Assembly (NCBI GenBank): GCA_976226885.1 | Contig: OZ320316.1 | Span: forward strand, 77,252,001 to 77,316,000 | From: Iphione sp. A-MEVVRFRX5 | Lineage: Eukaryota | Length of the DNA: 64,000 nucleotides | Reading direction: 5' to 3' | Shown here: piece after piece, positions 11,546-24,200 of the stretch | Layout: each line of letters begins with the position of its first letter | How positions within the stretch are numbered: position 1 is the stretch's first letter | Notes under the pieces: model-generated | The model's database searches: none | Seen by the model: only the letters and a program-made list of their open reading frames with translations | Told to the model about the DNA's origin: nothing | Translations under genes and position numbers: made by a program

Positions 11546-12769
11546 ACGGGGGAGGAAATAGGCTAGAACCATTGATACATGGACAAATGATACATGGACA
11601 AATTAAATACATGGACTGACAGGGGCTGTTAAGCCCCCAATGGCACACCAGGGCACACCAGGGTGTAGTCACGGAGGGCGATGCTTGTTTTGTCTGAATT
11701 TATGGTCTATTAAATTCCTGGTATACTATTTGAGGGCAAACCGGGGAATGTTGGGAGATCCTTCATTTCCATCCATCAGGGAATACATCTCTCACCACAG
11801 AGAGTGGGGAGGGGTTCATTTTGGGTGATTTTTGGCAAAAATGTGGTCGCGTCCTGACTAGGGCCCACCACCCTATATTAGGAACAAGTCAATACCGATT
11901 TCTGCTTCTTTTTCTGCCCACGGCACACCCGTTCTCTTCTGACATCGCTCTGAACCCGCGACTCTCAGAGACAGACACAGAGGAAAGCGAGGGAGCTGCT
12001 CTAGTGGGTGGTGCACAAGTGCCGGGTCATTGGCACTGGGGGTGCAATAAAACGTGGGGGAGGCTATGCTGGATAGCCAAATTACCTCTGTCAAGCGAGC
12101 GGCTTTATGCCTTGCTGTGTGCATGGAAAAGGGGCCTTAGTTATGTTTGCAATCATTTAAAAAAGTTTTACCCTAACAATTCTCATTTTAGCATTAAGGG
12201 GGAGTCCCCTGGCCTAACCAACCACCCCTCCACCCTAACTGCCACCAGGACATGTCTCCTCCTGTGCTACAGTCACCGATTTTTGCGTTACGGTTTCAGA
12301 TTTTTGCACTAGTGTGAAACACTCTGTTCTCTCCTGCCTTGGCTGGGGCTCCCCTCCAAGAGGGTGATGATCAGGTCCTAAGTATGTACCCATCCATTCT
12401 CACCTTCCTTAATTGAGTGTGTGGGGGATCTCCCCTACCATATTAATGTAAAGGAAAAAAGATATATTTCTGGAGGCTATGCTAAAGATGCATTTAATTT
12501 ATGAAAAAATGGCAAAAACTTCCAGAGGAAGACTTAATGAAAAGTGACAAATGTAATGGGAGTTTTGGCTAAAGATGCACTGAATTTATTAAAAAGCGGC
12601 AAATATTTCCAGAGGTCATGCTGAAGATGAAATAATTCCTAATAATATGGCAAGGAAAAAACAAGGGATGTGGGAAGTCTCCCTCCACATTAATATATTC
12701 ATGAAAGTGTATTTTAATGAAAGGTCTAGCCATATGTACTTTAACCCTGCAATGATTGAAAGCATCATG

Positions 12770-14144
12770 CTAAGACTCTTTGTGAAGTCCCCAGTGGACC
12801 CTTTTTTTGGGTGTTGAGCCACTGCATACACACCTAATCTTGTGCATATACATGATGTGTTTCTGTAGATGAATACATCTTCTCACAGATCTGTCAGTCC
12901 AGCGTCCAGTCCAGATGCCAGCGTTCATATTCATGTGGATCTGCAGGCTCTCCTCGTAGCAATAAGTGTTGCTGCATGTCTGGCACTTGAATGGTTTGTC
13001 AGCAACATGCAGGAACTCATGCTTGTCCAGTGTGGTGTGGTAGCGAAATTTTTTGCTGCAGTGGCGGCAGGTGTAGTGGACAATCTGGTCAATGGCTGCG
13101 GAGTTAACCACCCCATGTGCCTCAACCAGGTGTGCCTCCAGCATTCCATGTGTAACAAAGCTCTTGCCACACACTTCACATGTCAGTCTTGGTTTGCCAC
13201 TCTCTCCCATAAGATACATGGCACCCCCTGCTACAGCGGACCCTGTTGACTGGGAGCAGCTGCATCCATGTGTGCTATGAGTTGTTGCTGGTGCTTTATA
13301 TGGCAACATCTTCTTTAGAAAAAGGCATTTGTCAACAAGCAGATGGGGTAGGCTCTCAAGGGTCACTGAGCGAGGTGCTGGAGGGTCCTGAGTGCCTGAA
13401 TGCAGAACTAAACTGCTGGGCTCACTGTCATCAGTGCTGATGCAGTCGTCAACTGTGTCCAGCATTTGGTCATGGTCGATATTCTTAATACCACATTTGC
13501 TTTCATTCTTGCCTGGTTCTAGACTTCTGTCCTTGCCACTCCACATCACCTCTTTTTTGTGGATCATGCTGGCTGGGTCCACCTCAATCACATCATCGTC
13601 AAATCCAAGCTGTCAAAGCGAGTCTGAATCTGAGTCAATATCAATGGGAATGGGTATGGATGTAGGCAGATTTTGTGAGTACGCTTCATTCTTTGTGTTA
13701 GTGCCAGGTGCTGTGACAAATGGAGCCAAATCAGAGTAGGTACCCACTGAGTGAACTACTCTGTGGTGCACTGCTGGCCAGGCCCATCAGCCCACTTAGG
13801 GCATTTGTGCTGGCTGGCTGGCTTGTCCCACTTCCACCAGTGCTGGCTGATATGCTACTTGTGGTCAACTCTGACAGCAGTGGTTCAGGTTCAGCAGCCT
13901 CTAGGCTCTGGTGTGACCATGCAAGAGGGCAAGGGTGCCAGTACACCCTCCCAAGAAGTGGAATGCAAACCTCAAGACCCTGTAAAAAATGGGATGGGGG
14001 GGAGGGGGTTGGGGAAGATTCAATATGCCCCCCCCCAAAAATAAAAAAAGTTTTTTTTGGCAGGGTGAAGGAGAGTGGGTTTTTTTTTCCTTCTTCTGTT
14101 GGAGGAGTGGGGAGCAGGGGTAGGTGGGGGGAAAGGGTAAACAT
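12770..14144 (-). pseudogene. Decayed intronless C2H2 zinc-finger gene
   Basis: ORF 13591-12770 has CEVCGKSF..HLVEAH, CRHCSKKF..HEFLH and KPFKCQTC..IH. The upstream acidic/Ser-rich region is broken by a stop and a frameshift, and the C-terminal fingers are degenerate. Confidence 0.65.
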
Positions 14145-15244
14145 GCTCTGGTGGGAGTTGGGGGAAGCATGGTTTCAATCTGAATGGTCTCATCAGGCAC
14201 TGTGGGAGTGGCATAGTCACCCACTATAGGGTGTAGGCCTAAAGGCAGAGTACCCACCCATTTCTTATTGAAACTCCAAAGGCCCCTATGGGCAGTGGGT
14301 ATACTAGGGAGCCTTATGGCATAGCGGGGTCTATCTGGCAAGAGGTTTGCTGGCACTAGACTGTGGTGCCAAGAGCCTGCGGGCGGAGACCAGAGAACAC
14401 TCCCTACCACAAGGCCAGAAATGGAAAAACAGAAATTGTTTTTTACTAGGCTAGGGCCCTGTGGGAGGTGTGTAGAAGCTCTGGGTGGTCACTCTACAAT
14501 GATATGGTGTTAAGTGTTATCTCAATCTAGACCAGAGAGGTTGGGTTTGGATGATTTCAGTGTTTGGTCATCTAGCTCTAACTAAATAAGTCAGACAAGT
14601 TCTTATTTCATCGATTGCCGAAAATTAGTTTTGCTTGGCTTAGGAATCTGCTTTTCACTTTCTGTAGGTCCCCCAGGGAACATTTTGACTGAACGTTTTT
14701 AAAGAATATGGTGTGAAGGTTTTTCTCTAACATAAGCAAACCACAACACACAACATTGTGTATTAGCTAAGAATCTCTCGGGCAGAAACGACTGCTTCCT
14801 GGCTTTTTGTTTATCCTCCCTGTCTGCAAACTGTTCATGTTCAAATTCAGTGTCTTATTAATGTTTCATCAACATTCCTACCCTTCGATAATCATTGCCA
14901 ACAAGATGATGCCCAAAGTTCAGAAATTTCAAGTTATGCTAACACTTTCAATAAAATTATGCCTTTTCTTTTTATCGCTGCATAGCGAAGAGACAAGCTC
15001 ACACAAATTCTATTTCCTGTTGTGGAGATGCTGGGCACAGGCAGTCATTTCTCACAATGCTTAACATATGGAGCCAGAATTTTCAATATCTCTAGGAGAT
15101 AAACTATTGTTCTGTTTTCTTTGAAATTTTCTGTGGTTGTACACCTACCCCATATCTATGAGTATGTAGAAGTATTTTATTGTAATCCTATATTTTACTT
15201 TTTGATAAATTATTTACTTATTTATTTACTTCCATTTTATCTAT

Positions 15245-17170
15245 AATAGACATTTTTTGTTTCTGTATACAAACATCCCAAACCAAGAGGGGATTGAAGC
15301 TACAAGGGAGGCCTTGCAAAATGCAGGTTCTGGACAGAGGACCATAACAGACACATCCCTTCTACACCTATTGTCTTTGGTACTCACAAAGAATAACTTC
15401 CAATTTGGTGACCACAACTTCCTCCAAACAGCAGACACAGCCATGAGGACAAGAGCTGCACCAAGCTATGCCAACCTCTTTATGGCATCCTTGGAAATAA
15501 GGCATATTTACTGATACACCCCCATCCTTTGGTGTGGAAACGCTTCATAGATGATATCTTCTTTGTCTTGATACAGGAAAAAGATATATACTTGATCACT
15601 TTCTGACCTTTTTGAACTCCATCTGCCCCTCCATTAAATCACCTCCACAATCTCTGACACATTGGTCAACTTTCTTGATACACACATTATCAAAGAAAGG
15701 GATTCTTTATTCACCAACCTATACACCAAGCCAACAGATGCTCATGCTTACCTCCATTTCAGCTCTACCCACACTACTCATAGCAAGAGATCTCTGCCTC
15801 ATGGACAATTCCTCAGGCTTCTGTGTATTTGTTCTAGGATGGAAGATTTTACCAGCAGGAGCTTCACTTTATCACAACAATTGGTCAATAGAGGTTATCC
15901 TACATGATTAATTCTAGAGGCCTTTAATAAAGCCCAGGCGAAGAAAATACAAGACCTATACAAAAACCAAAGAAGCATCCATCCATAATTACCAACACAA
16001 GATCAGAAACACATTGCAGTCACTGACTTCAATCCCAGTTACCACAATTTCCAATGCATTCTCCAAAAGATTTGGCCCATCCTGGGATGGTCCAAGACAA
16101 CCAGGAGTTTACACAGGAAACCAATTCTCTTCTCCCATAGATGTCCCAAAATTCTTAAAGATCTCCTGGTCAACTCAAAACCTAAGTGCAATAACTGCAA
16201 AGGCTGCTTACCTGCAAGGACAACAACTCCAAATGGACAGGTGGGGAACACAGACCTGCACAATGACACTGGAGCTACCACTATGACATCCACTCCCATA
16301 AAGGCCACTCCCATAAATGCAACAATGACCATTGCCACTACTGCCCTAAATTGGGAAGGACAGGTAACATAAAAAGCACAACTACAGGTTGTTCATACTG
16401 GACCAAATTTAATGCTACCTGTAAAAGCTCCAACCTGGTATACTGCATCACATGCAAAAAATGTGGGAAACAGTATGTGGGTCATACAAGGAATAGACTC
16501 CAGGATTGTATGGCTACACATTTCTACAATATCAAACACAATGTAGACAATCACCTAGTGGCCACTCATTTTTATGAAGGCTCTCATTGGGGCCTGGAGG
16601 ATGTTACCCTTCATATAGTAGACTTCATACATAGTGATCCAAGAAAGCCACACTCTACCAAACTAAGACAGGGGATGGAATTCATGTGGATTCACACACT
16701 ATGTACACAAGCCCCAACAGGCTTGAATGCCATAGCTTCACCTTTGCCATCTAGCCACATTAAAAACATTTTTTTACTCTACACCAATGGTCTTGGTTAC
16801 TTTTACCATAGGAAATGGGAAGGGGGTCTTACTCCACAGCCATTATTTCCTCAACTATACACACCTCTTCCCACATGACACATACAATTTACCAAGGAAT
16901 AGGGATATACCTGACCCTTATAGTGCTACATGCGTGGGACTGGAAGAGATCAGGAGAAGTTCAAGACACCTATAGACCATTTACAATGTGGCCATCACAT
17001 ACCTTCCTTGTCTCTGCTCCTCATCCCCCCATTTTGCACCACAATGGTGATGGCCGTGACAAACTAGTCTCACCACACTTGTCCAGGACTCCTAAAATAT
17101 ATAACGCCCATAGTGCCTGATGAGACCATTACAGTTGAAACTGCTGCAACACCACCCTTTCTTCCCATTG
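15245..17170 (+). mobile_element. 5'-truncated, decayed Penelope-like retroelement (RT + GIY-YIG endonuclease)
   Basis: RT motifs AMRTRAAPSYANLFM, WKRFIDDIFF (~15535-15565) and FLDT..LYTKPTDAHAYLHFSS..SLPHGQFLRL. GIY-YIG region SSNLVYCITCKKCGKQYVGHT..HFY..EFMWIHTLCTQAPTGLN (16351-16878). Multiple stops and frameshifts. Confidence 0.9.
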
Positions 17171-18519
17171 GCACACAGAAGGACTCATGGTATAAAAACT
17201 TGACTGAATTTACCAATAGGTGCAAGAACTCCCAGTACTCATGCATGCATACAGCCCCTATGAGTACTGGGGCCCCCTATGCATATTAATTAAGGACAGG
17301 AGAATATATAAAGTGGAGGGTACCAGTACTATAGATTCAGCATACATGGAATGAACAACAAAGTCATGGATACCAGTATAATAACACAAGGAATGGAAAA
17401 TTGCCCAACTCAGTTATGAGAGAGGGGATTACATCTCAGGAGTCAGGAACTATTTTCACAAGCCACTCCACTGAGATATGGGTCATAGGTGTGTAGGCTG
17501 TATTCATGGGCAGGAACACCCCATGACAGAGTTTATGTGGTTGCACTGGGGTTCTACACTTTGCCATGTGCAACACATCTATGCTATTATAGATTAGAAT
17601 TTCATGCTGGGGCTATATTTGCGTCCGTAAAACCCACTGATAATTAGAGAGTGACAAGCTCTCCTACAACCAGCACAACATGTCAGGTTCATCTTACATA
17701 ATGTTTGTCAATACTATGCCTCCCCTCAGAGACAAAGGGTACCCACCATCAGCTTGATATTGCTGAATCCCTCCTAGAGCTAACCATGTAAGATATGATC
17801 ACCATGATTTGAATCTGGTTTTTGCGGCAATGGTTTTTCTGTCAAGAAATCGTCCCTCTTTGGTGATGCCTGACAATCTTTTCAATGTGAAATTTTAATT
17901 CTGGATTGAAAATAGCTGAACCACAGGATGGGCTGACTCTATGATCGAGTTGACCAGATTTCCTTTTTCATATTCATTGAAGTATTTGTGCTCCTCCCGC
18001 CTTCTACCCTCTCCTTCACCCCCAGTACAAAGGGGAGACCTTTGATTGAAGTACATGTACTGTGCTCCTGACGACACATCTGCTTCCCCCGACCCTTTCC
18101 CATACCTCCAGAACAAAGGGGACGCCTCTGATTAAGGTGTTTACACGTCCCTCCCTACTTCTAACGCTCCCCTCCCTCTACCCTACTCATGTGGCATATA
18201 AGGGAGCTGTTCAGCACTGTGTAGTCACTCCTTGCTGAGTACCCCGAGGTTTACATCAGACAGCGTTGAGCAGTTTGACCATACCTTGAACCTCTGATCA
18301 TTGCATTGCATTTCCTTGTAGATTATCTTGTCACTTTGAATATCATTGTATTGTTTTGATATTTCTCTTCATTTTCCAGTCTACACCATGTCTCACCACG
18401 GGCCACGCACTGCCGTACCACCTTTACCAACCAGCAGAGGAAAGTACTATACCATTCCTAAGTATGGTAGCCCATTCCTCAGTGACTTTGAATGGTATTA
18501 TTGGTCACTTTCCAACTCT

Positions 18520-18740
18520 TCTTGTCATTTCTGTAAGTAAATCCACCCTGACATATTCCAGAAGAAGAAGCAGTGGCTGTCATTGACTCATGAGGAGGGG
18601 AACCCGGTGAGAGCAAGGTGTCCCCAGCAAGCTGATCTGGAGATTGCCCTTCTTCTAAGGTTTAGTGACATGAGACAAAGAGGTACAGTCCTGACTGATT
18701 ACATGCTCATTGAGAAGTCTAATGTCTTTGGGAAAGATTC
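18520..18740 (+). pseudogene. pogo/Tigger (CENP-B HTH, Tc5-type) transposase relic
   Basis: After one frameshift it reads SKSTL..IFQKKKQWL..RARCPQQADLEIALLLRFSDMRQRGTVLTDYMLIEKSNVFGK, matching the LE.AL..WF...R..G..+...L.EKA..F pattern. Confidence 0.6.
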
Positions 18741-19599
18741 AGCTGATGGGGAAGAGAAAGAAGAGGGAACAACAGGAGGAGGAAAAGGAAGAGCAGGGGA
18801 AGAAACATCAACCTGGCACGATCAGGCAGGTAAGACAGGGCCTTAACTGGTTAGTGTCCTTTTGGGATACCGCCAGCTGCTTGTGGTATGGATAGTCACA
18901 TGATCCTGTATTTAACCTACACAGGTGGGAACTATCAATCTCAGAGACAAGGTCGGTTAAAAGGTCGGAGAGTGACACCACAGAAAATTATTGATTTTCA
19001 TCCGCTATAATCCTCACGGGAAAGATGACTCATCACATGCTTGGCATACAAATATCATGGGCACATCTGATTCGACCGAGTAGTCCAGGTCCATATCCTA
19101 CGGTACTTTCAACCATGAAATTCTCTCAAATCGTGCTTTGTTTATTTGAAAACATGCAGCCAGGTTCATTACCTTCGCATTTCGCGTGCCAAGTGGAACA
19201 ATCCCAACTTGTCACCTTCTCGTAATTATGTCCTTTTAAAGCGGTGTTAATGAGTTGCTTAGGCATGTTCGTTAGTGCATTTCACTCTGAAATGAAGGAA
19301 TGGCAGACGGTAAAACATTGAAAATACAGAAGCAAATCACACTGTGGGTCACCTCAGAATAAGACTTAATTTCCATATACACTCCTATTTTCGCGGCCAT
19401 GGCACCATGGCACCATGGCAATGCTGTCCATGTTTTTGGGCGGGTTGTTGACAGACAGCGTAGTTCTTTGTGTTCATGGTACTGTGCTGCCGTGTTTTGA
19501 GGTGTGCTACCGTGTTTTTGAGATTTTTTGATTTTTCATGGCTGTGCTACGGTGTTTTTGATCATGTATGGCTAACATTCAAGCAGAATTAAATTTTAA

Positions 19600-19715
19600 T
19601 TGGCCTGGTGCATGAACATCTCAGTCTGTACGACATGTCTGGGACAGACATTATAAAGGCAAACAACACCTGGAAAGCCATAGGGGAGCAGATTGGTGGA
19701 AGTGGAGTTGATGGT
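19600..19715 (+). pseudogene. Isolated degenerate MADF N-terminal exon
   Basis: IGLVHEHLSLYDMS..ANNTWKAIGEQIG followed by donor g|gtaagt; resembles LI.LV..HP.LYD..AW..I. Confidence 0.4.
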
Positions 19716-20659
19716 AAGTCAAATTTACATGTATGAAACATAGCATGGAAGATACCATTTTTGCAAGGTATTTCATACCAAAATTCGTTATAGCTAAATT
19801 TAAGTGATGTGCACCAGTGGATATCTAACATTTCTAGTCAAATTTGTTAATGACAAAGCATGTGAACAAGGGTGGGAAAGCAGATGAAAGACTTGATGAG
19901 AATGGTGACATTTTTATTGCCTTGGTCTGAGAGAGTGGGATCAGCATGGGTACATATAACAGGGGTTCTGTGCATCCCCATCACTTTTGCACTGGAAATT
20001 GAACTGAGAAGAGATGGTAGAGAGATACCTGAGAAGAATCCTTGGCGAGGCCTGAGGCTGAAGAATATGAGTGTGAGTGGAGGGAGGAGCTTCAGGCCAA
20101 CAGAGAGAAGTGGAAGGAGACCTGTCATGCATGTTGGGTGAAAAAGAAGCGAGATTATCCAGCCAGTCACATCGCAGAGCTAGAAGGAGAGAGGTGAATA
20201 ATTGTTATATTACCGCAACAATGCATATGTACTTTATATGACATTGAGTTTACTTTCTATGAGATTGTATCAGTAGGTCAATTAGTTTTCACTCTAGAGC
20301 ACAATAATATATAGTTTAGTTGCAATTATTTTTCATTATAGAACAATTAGTTTGACGGCACTTGCCTTATCGGCTGGCCCATGGTTCTGACACTGAGTGG
20401 GCTGCTAAGATGCGTTATCAAAAGGTACTGAGGTCTGATGAGCTAAATTAAGATAAGGTACCAAAATGAACCGCCCGACATGAAATATTCACTGCCAAGC
20501 CACCAGGTAATGTTAGTGTATGACACTAAAGATATGAGGAGATCGAAAATATTTTGTATGAGATCATACATGAACTTAGTGTGTATGATGTTAAATTAGT
20601 TGGTCCACAACAGAAATATTTAGTATGACATTCTTTTACAGATTAAAACACCAATACAT

Positions 20660-21075
20660 GTCTGCTCCTGCCACTCCAGCCTGTGATGAGCCTGGCAACA
20701 TGGATCCTGCTGACTTGGATTCAGCCCATGATGAGCTTGCTGACATGATATCCTGACAATATTAATCCAGCCTGTGATGAGCCTGCCAATACGGATGATG
20801 TCCATGATGAGCATCCTGCTGATTCAGCCTGTGATGAGCCTACAGACATGGAATGTGCCAATGTGGATCCAGCCTCTGATGGACCTGCTGAAATAAATAC
20901 AACACATGTTAAGAATCCTGCCAATCCAGTCCATGAGCCTGCTAACATGGCTCCAGCCCGTAATGAACCTGCCAATGTAGATCCAGTCCATGATCAGCAT
21001 CATGCCCATCTAGCCCAGAATCAGCCTGGCAACATGGATCCTGCTGATGTGTATCTAGCCCATGATGAATATCCT
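20660..21075 (+). repeat. Degenerate ~30-bp minisatellite (gatccagcctgtgatgagcctgccaa..)
   Basis: Recurring ccagcc/gatgagcctg units that give PANxDPA-type peptide repeats. Confidence 0.7.
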
Positions 21076-21684
21076 GCCGATGCAATGCATCCCATGATGA
21101 GTGTACTCTTATGGACTTCATCACCTTGTGGCATCAGATAGCTGGAGAGCTGGTGTGATGCCACATTCCACACTGCACATATTGAGTTTACCTTGACACA
21201 GGACAGCAATGGATTAAATAGTCTGCAAATCAATCTCTCACAGAGATCCCATTGAGCAATATTTAATGACCATGGCCTCTGCAGTTGGACATCCCATACA
21301 GTAGCAACTCCCCTAGGGGCAACTTGATCAGGCAGGCGACGTATCTGTGGGTGATTTTGGTTAGTCCCAAATGTGTTTTCTATATAATCTAATGTAATTC
21401 ATACTCAGAAAGACGACCAGTGTGCGATGTGGGCAACTCCCCCGAGATCTCATATGTTTATAACCAATTATCATGGAATACAATATGTTTGAGGCTTCTG
21501 CAGGTATGGGGACATCCATGAACCCTCTAACAACACCCTGGACGTAATCTGTTTGATACAATCAGGCATCCTACAGGTGTGGGAACATCGGAAAACCCTC
21601 TACCAGTAAGCAAATTATCCTTGAAATATGATATGTTCAAGCCTCCTGTTGGCGTGTAGACATCGGCGAACCCTCTTTCAACAC

Positions 21685-21930
21685 TCTGGTTTTAGGACTT
21701 AACTTGTCAAATTCTGCACTTTTAGGACTTTTACCTGTCAAATCCTGCACTTTTAGGACCTTTGACTTGTCAAATTCGGCACTATTAGACTTTTTACTCA
21801 TCACATTCTGCACTTTGTTGACTTTCACTTGACAAATTCTGCACCGTTAGGACTTTTACTCATCTGTTTCTGTAGTAGAGAACCTTTACTCATCAGATAC
21901 TTGTCAAATTTAGCACTTTTGTAATGTTTG
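21685..21930. repeat. ~31-bp minisatellite (ggacttttacttgtcaaattctgcacttttag); related copies at 25480-25575
   Basis: About 7 diverged units here and about 3 at 25480-25575. Confidence 0.8.
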
Positions 21931-22089
21931 ACCCCCTACCACCATTGCATTTAGAAAGATGACCAACCCACAGTTGTGGTCTAATCAGCCCGATCTGCAA
22001 GGTGCCCACATTGGTCAGTTGCTACTGTATGTGTCAGGGTGCTGCTCTCCTGCATCAGGTTGTGCATGCAGGATACTGCTTTCACAACA

Positions 22090-24200
22090 TTGCTAACAAC
22101 CATAAGGTCCAACATCATGTTTGTATGAATAATCCATCAAGGTGCTGCGAGGATACCAACTGTTGATTCTGCCATCTAATGAGTATGAGACATTTAGCAT
22201 CTGAAGATTAGTTGTGATGGGGTGCAACCCTGTCCTCCATATAGGAAGTGGTGCTCCTGCAAGGGGTTCGTTCATCCCCCTGGAACACACAGGGCAATGG
22301 GCTTAAGTGTTCCTCTCTAGGAAAAAATACTTTCGCAGAGGTAGTTGCATCAGGCCATCAGTTATCAGGGGAGATTGAGAGAAGATCACACCTTCAGTGT
22401 TTTTCTCATAGTGCCTAAGGACTACATAGGTAAAGTTGCAGTTCGCACTTACGACAGCCAGGAGCCTAATGAAGAAGGTGTCTGCATAAAAAAAAAGATC
22501 GACATTATTATATATAATAACATCCAAATATATGGTATGCCATCAACTTATTTTGTATGAGACTGGAATATTTAGCATATCATTAACTTATTTGTAGGCA
22601 AACAGGAAATATTCCATATGACATGAATTTATTTTCTATAAGATGCACTCTTGCAGTGCGATATAGAAATTATGACTTGTATGGACACCATACGTGGATC
22701 TGTTTTCTATTGAGTGCACCCACACGGTTATGGAAGTCCAATATTTTAACTAAATATGCAGCTATCAGTTGCAGTTGATCCTCTGTTGCTGGCATCTTCA
22801 GGTACCTTGGCGTGAACGCTCAATGATATTGCTATTTCACAGATTGAAACATCAAAATACTGGAAGAGCTGAACTTATGCTGGTATCCCAGGCTCCGGCG
22901 TGACGTACCTGTGGCTAGGTATAAAAGAGTGTATTAATGTATTTAGACATTATTTAATATTTTAGGTTGATCACACCCGACATACAATTCCCAGCTGAGG
23001 ACTGACTGCAGCCAGGACAACGAGCCTATGGCAGATGTGGATGACACACCTCTCCCTTAAGGAGATGCTGCCACCCCACTTGAAACACTTTCGTTAACAA
23101 CCTTAAAGTTGATTATGAGTGCTTCTCCACCCAAAACACTCCCATCAACAATTTTGAAGGTAACTTCTAGTCGTGCCTCTTTTGTATCCCCCACACCAAC
23201 ATCCATGGGGGAGGCATTTGTAACAGAAGTGTTTTCAAAGGGGTACACAGCAAGGGGGATCCACTTAAGGCAGCCTTGTTGGAGCTGTGAACAACAGAGG
23301 CGGAGAGCTGAGGAGCATGACAGAAGTAGAGACAGGAATAACAATTTCACTTTCTGGTATGCTTATGCTCCTCACATGTGAAACATCAGGCATGAGCTGA
23401 AGAGCATAGTGCAATCGCAGATTGCACAAATCTGCTTCAATGCCGAGCATAACAAGTGAGAGCAATTCATTCCCACCATTGCTGCAACCCCAACCTTCAC
23501 ATGCTTCGATCCCATAATCAAACCTGACACATAAGTTTGGATCACAAGAAATGATGGACGTGTGCAGCAGTACTTCTCTTTATTGAGAACCAACATAATT
23601 ATATCATGTCAGGTAGTGTGGAATACAGAAGGTCAAATCAGGTAAAAAATATTTGGTATTTAATTAAATTATTTTGTCGGAAACTTAGATATTTCATATG
23701 ACATTTAATTTTTGTCGATGAAATGAAAATATTCTAGTAAATATAATTCTTCGTATAAAATTGTACATAATAGAAATTATTTGTGCACTCACCATAAGAA
23801 TGGGGACAAATTTTCCTCAGGTGGAATAGTCTGCCTTGTCATATAAGATCTTCTCTACTCGTACTTGATTTAGAATTAATTGGAACTGTTCTACATCTAG
23901 CTGATAATATGTAGGAAACTGTCTATGATCTCTTTGTAGAGTCTACTCCAAGTGATGATACATACCATATTGGTTCCTTTCTGCTTATAAGTCTGAAACC
24001 CTATAATGATGTCGGCATACTCTTTTCTGTTGAGCGAGGAATGTAGATAGTAATGTATGGAAGAACAGCATCTCTACTTATTCACTGGAGCTGATATCTT
24101 GGTCCATCGTAAACTGCTGCCCAAAAGTGATCTATCCTTGCACTTATGATGGTTTTACGGGTAAATGAGAATGAGAGGAGTAGATCATAGTCACTCATAA
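22090..24200 (-). mobile_element. Heavily decayed Ty3/Gypsy pol relic (RNase H end, integrase)
   Basis: Weak motif matches in the expected order on the minus strand: RK..DH..Y.P..AD (~24150-24000), HHCC-like region (~23560-23340), DLF..LL.V..T..VI..TDG (22527-22303) and TPSQLIF (~22230). Confidence 0.4.

Noticed and set aside
20435-20470. Second CTGATGAG hammerhead core
   Set aside because: No stem II followed by GAAA at a compatible distance.
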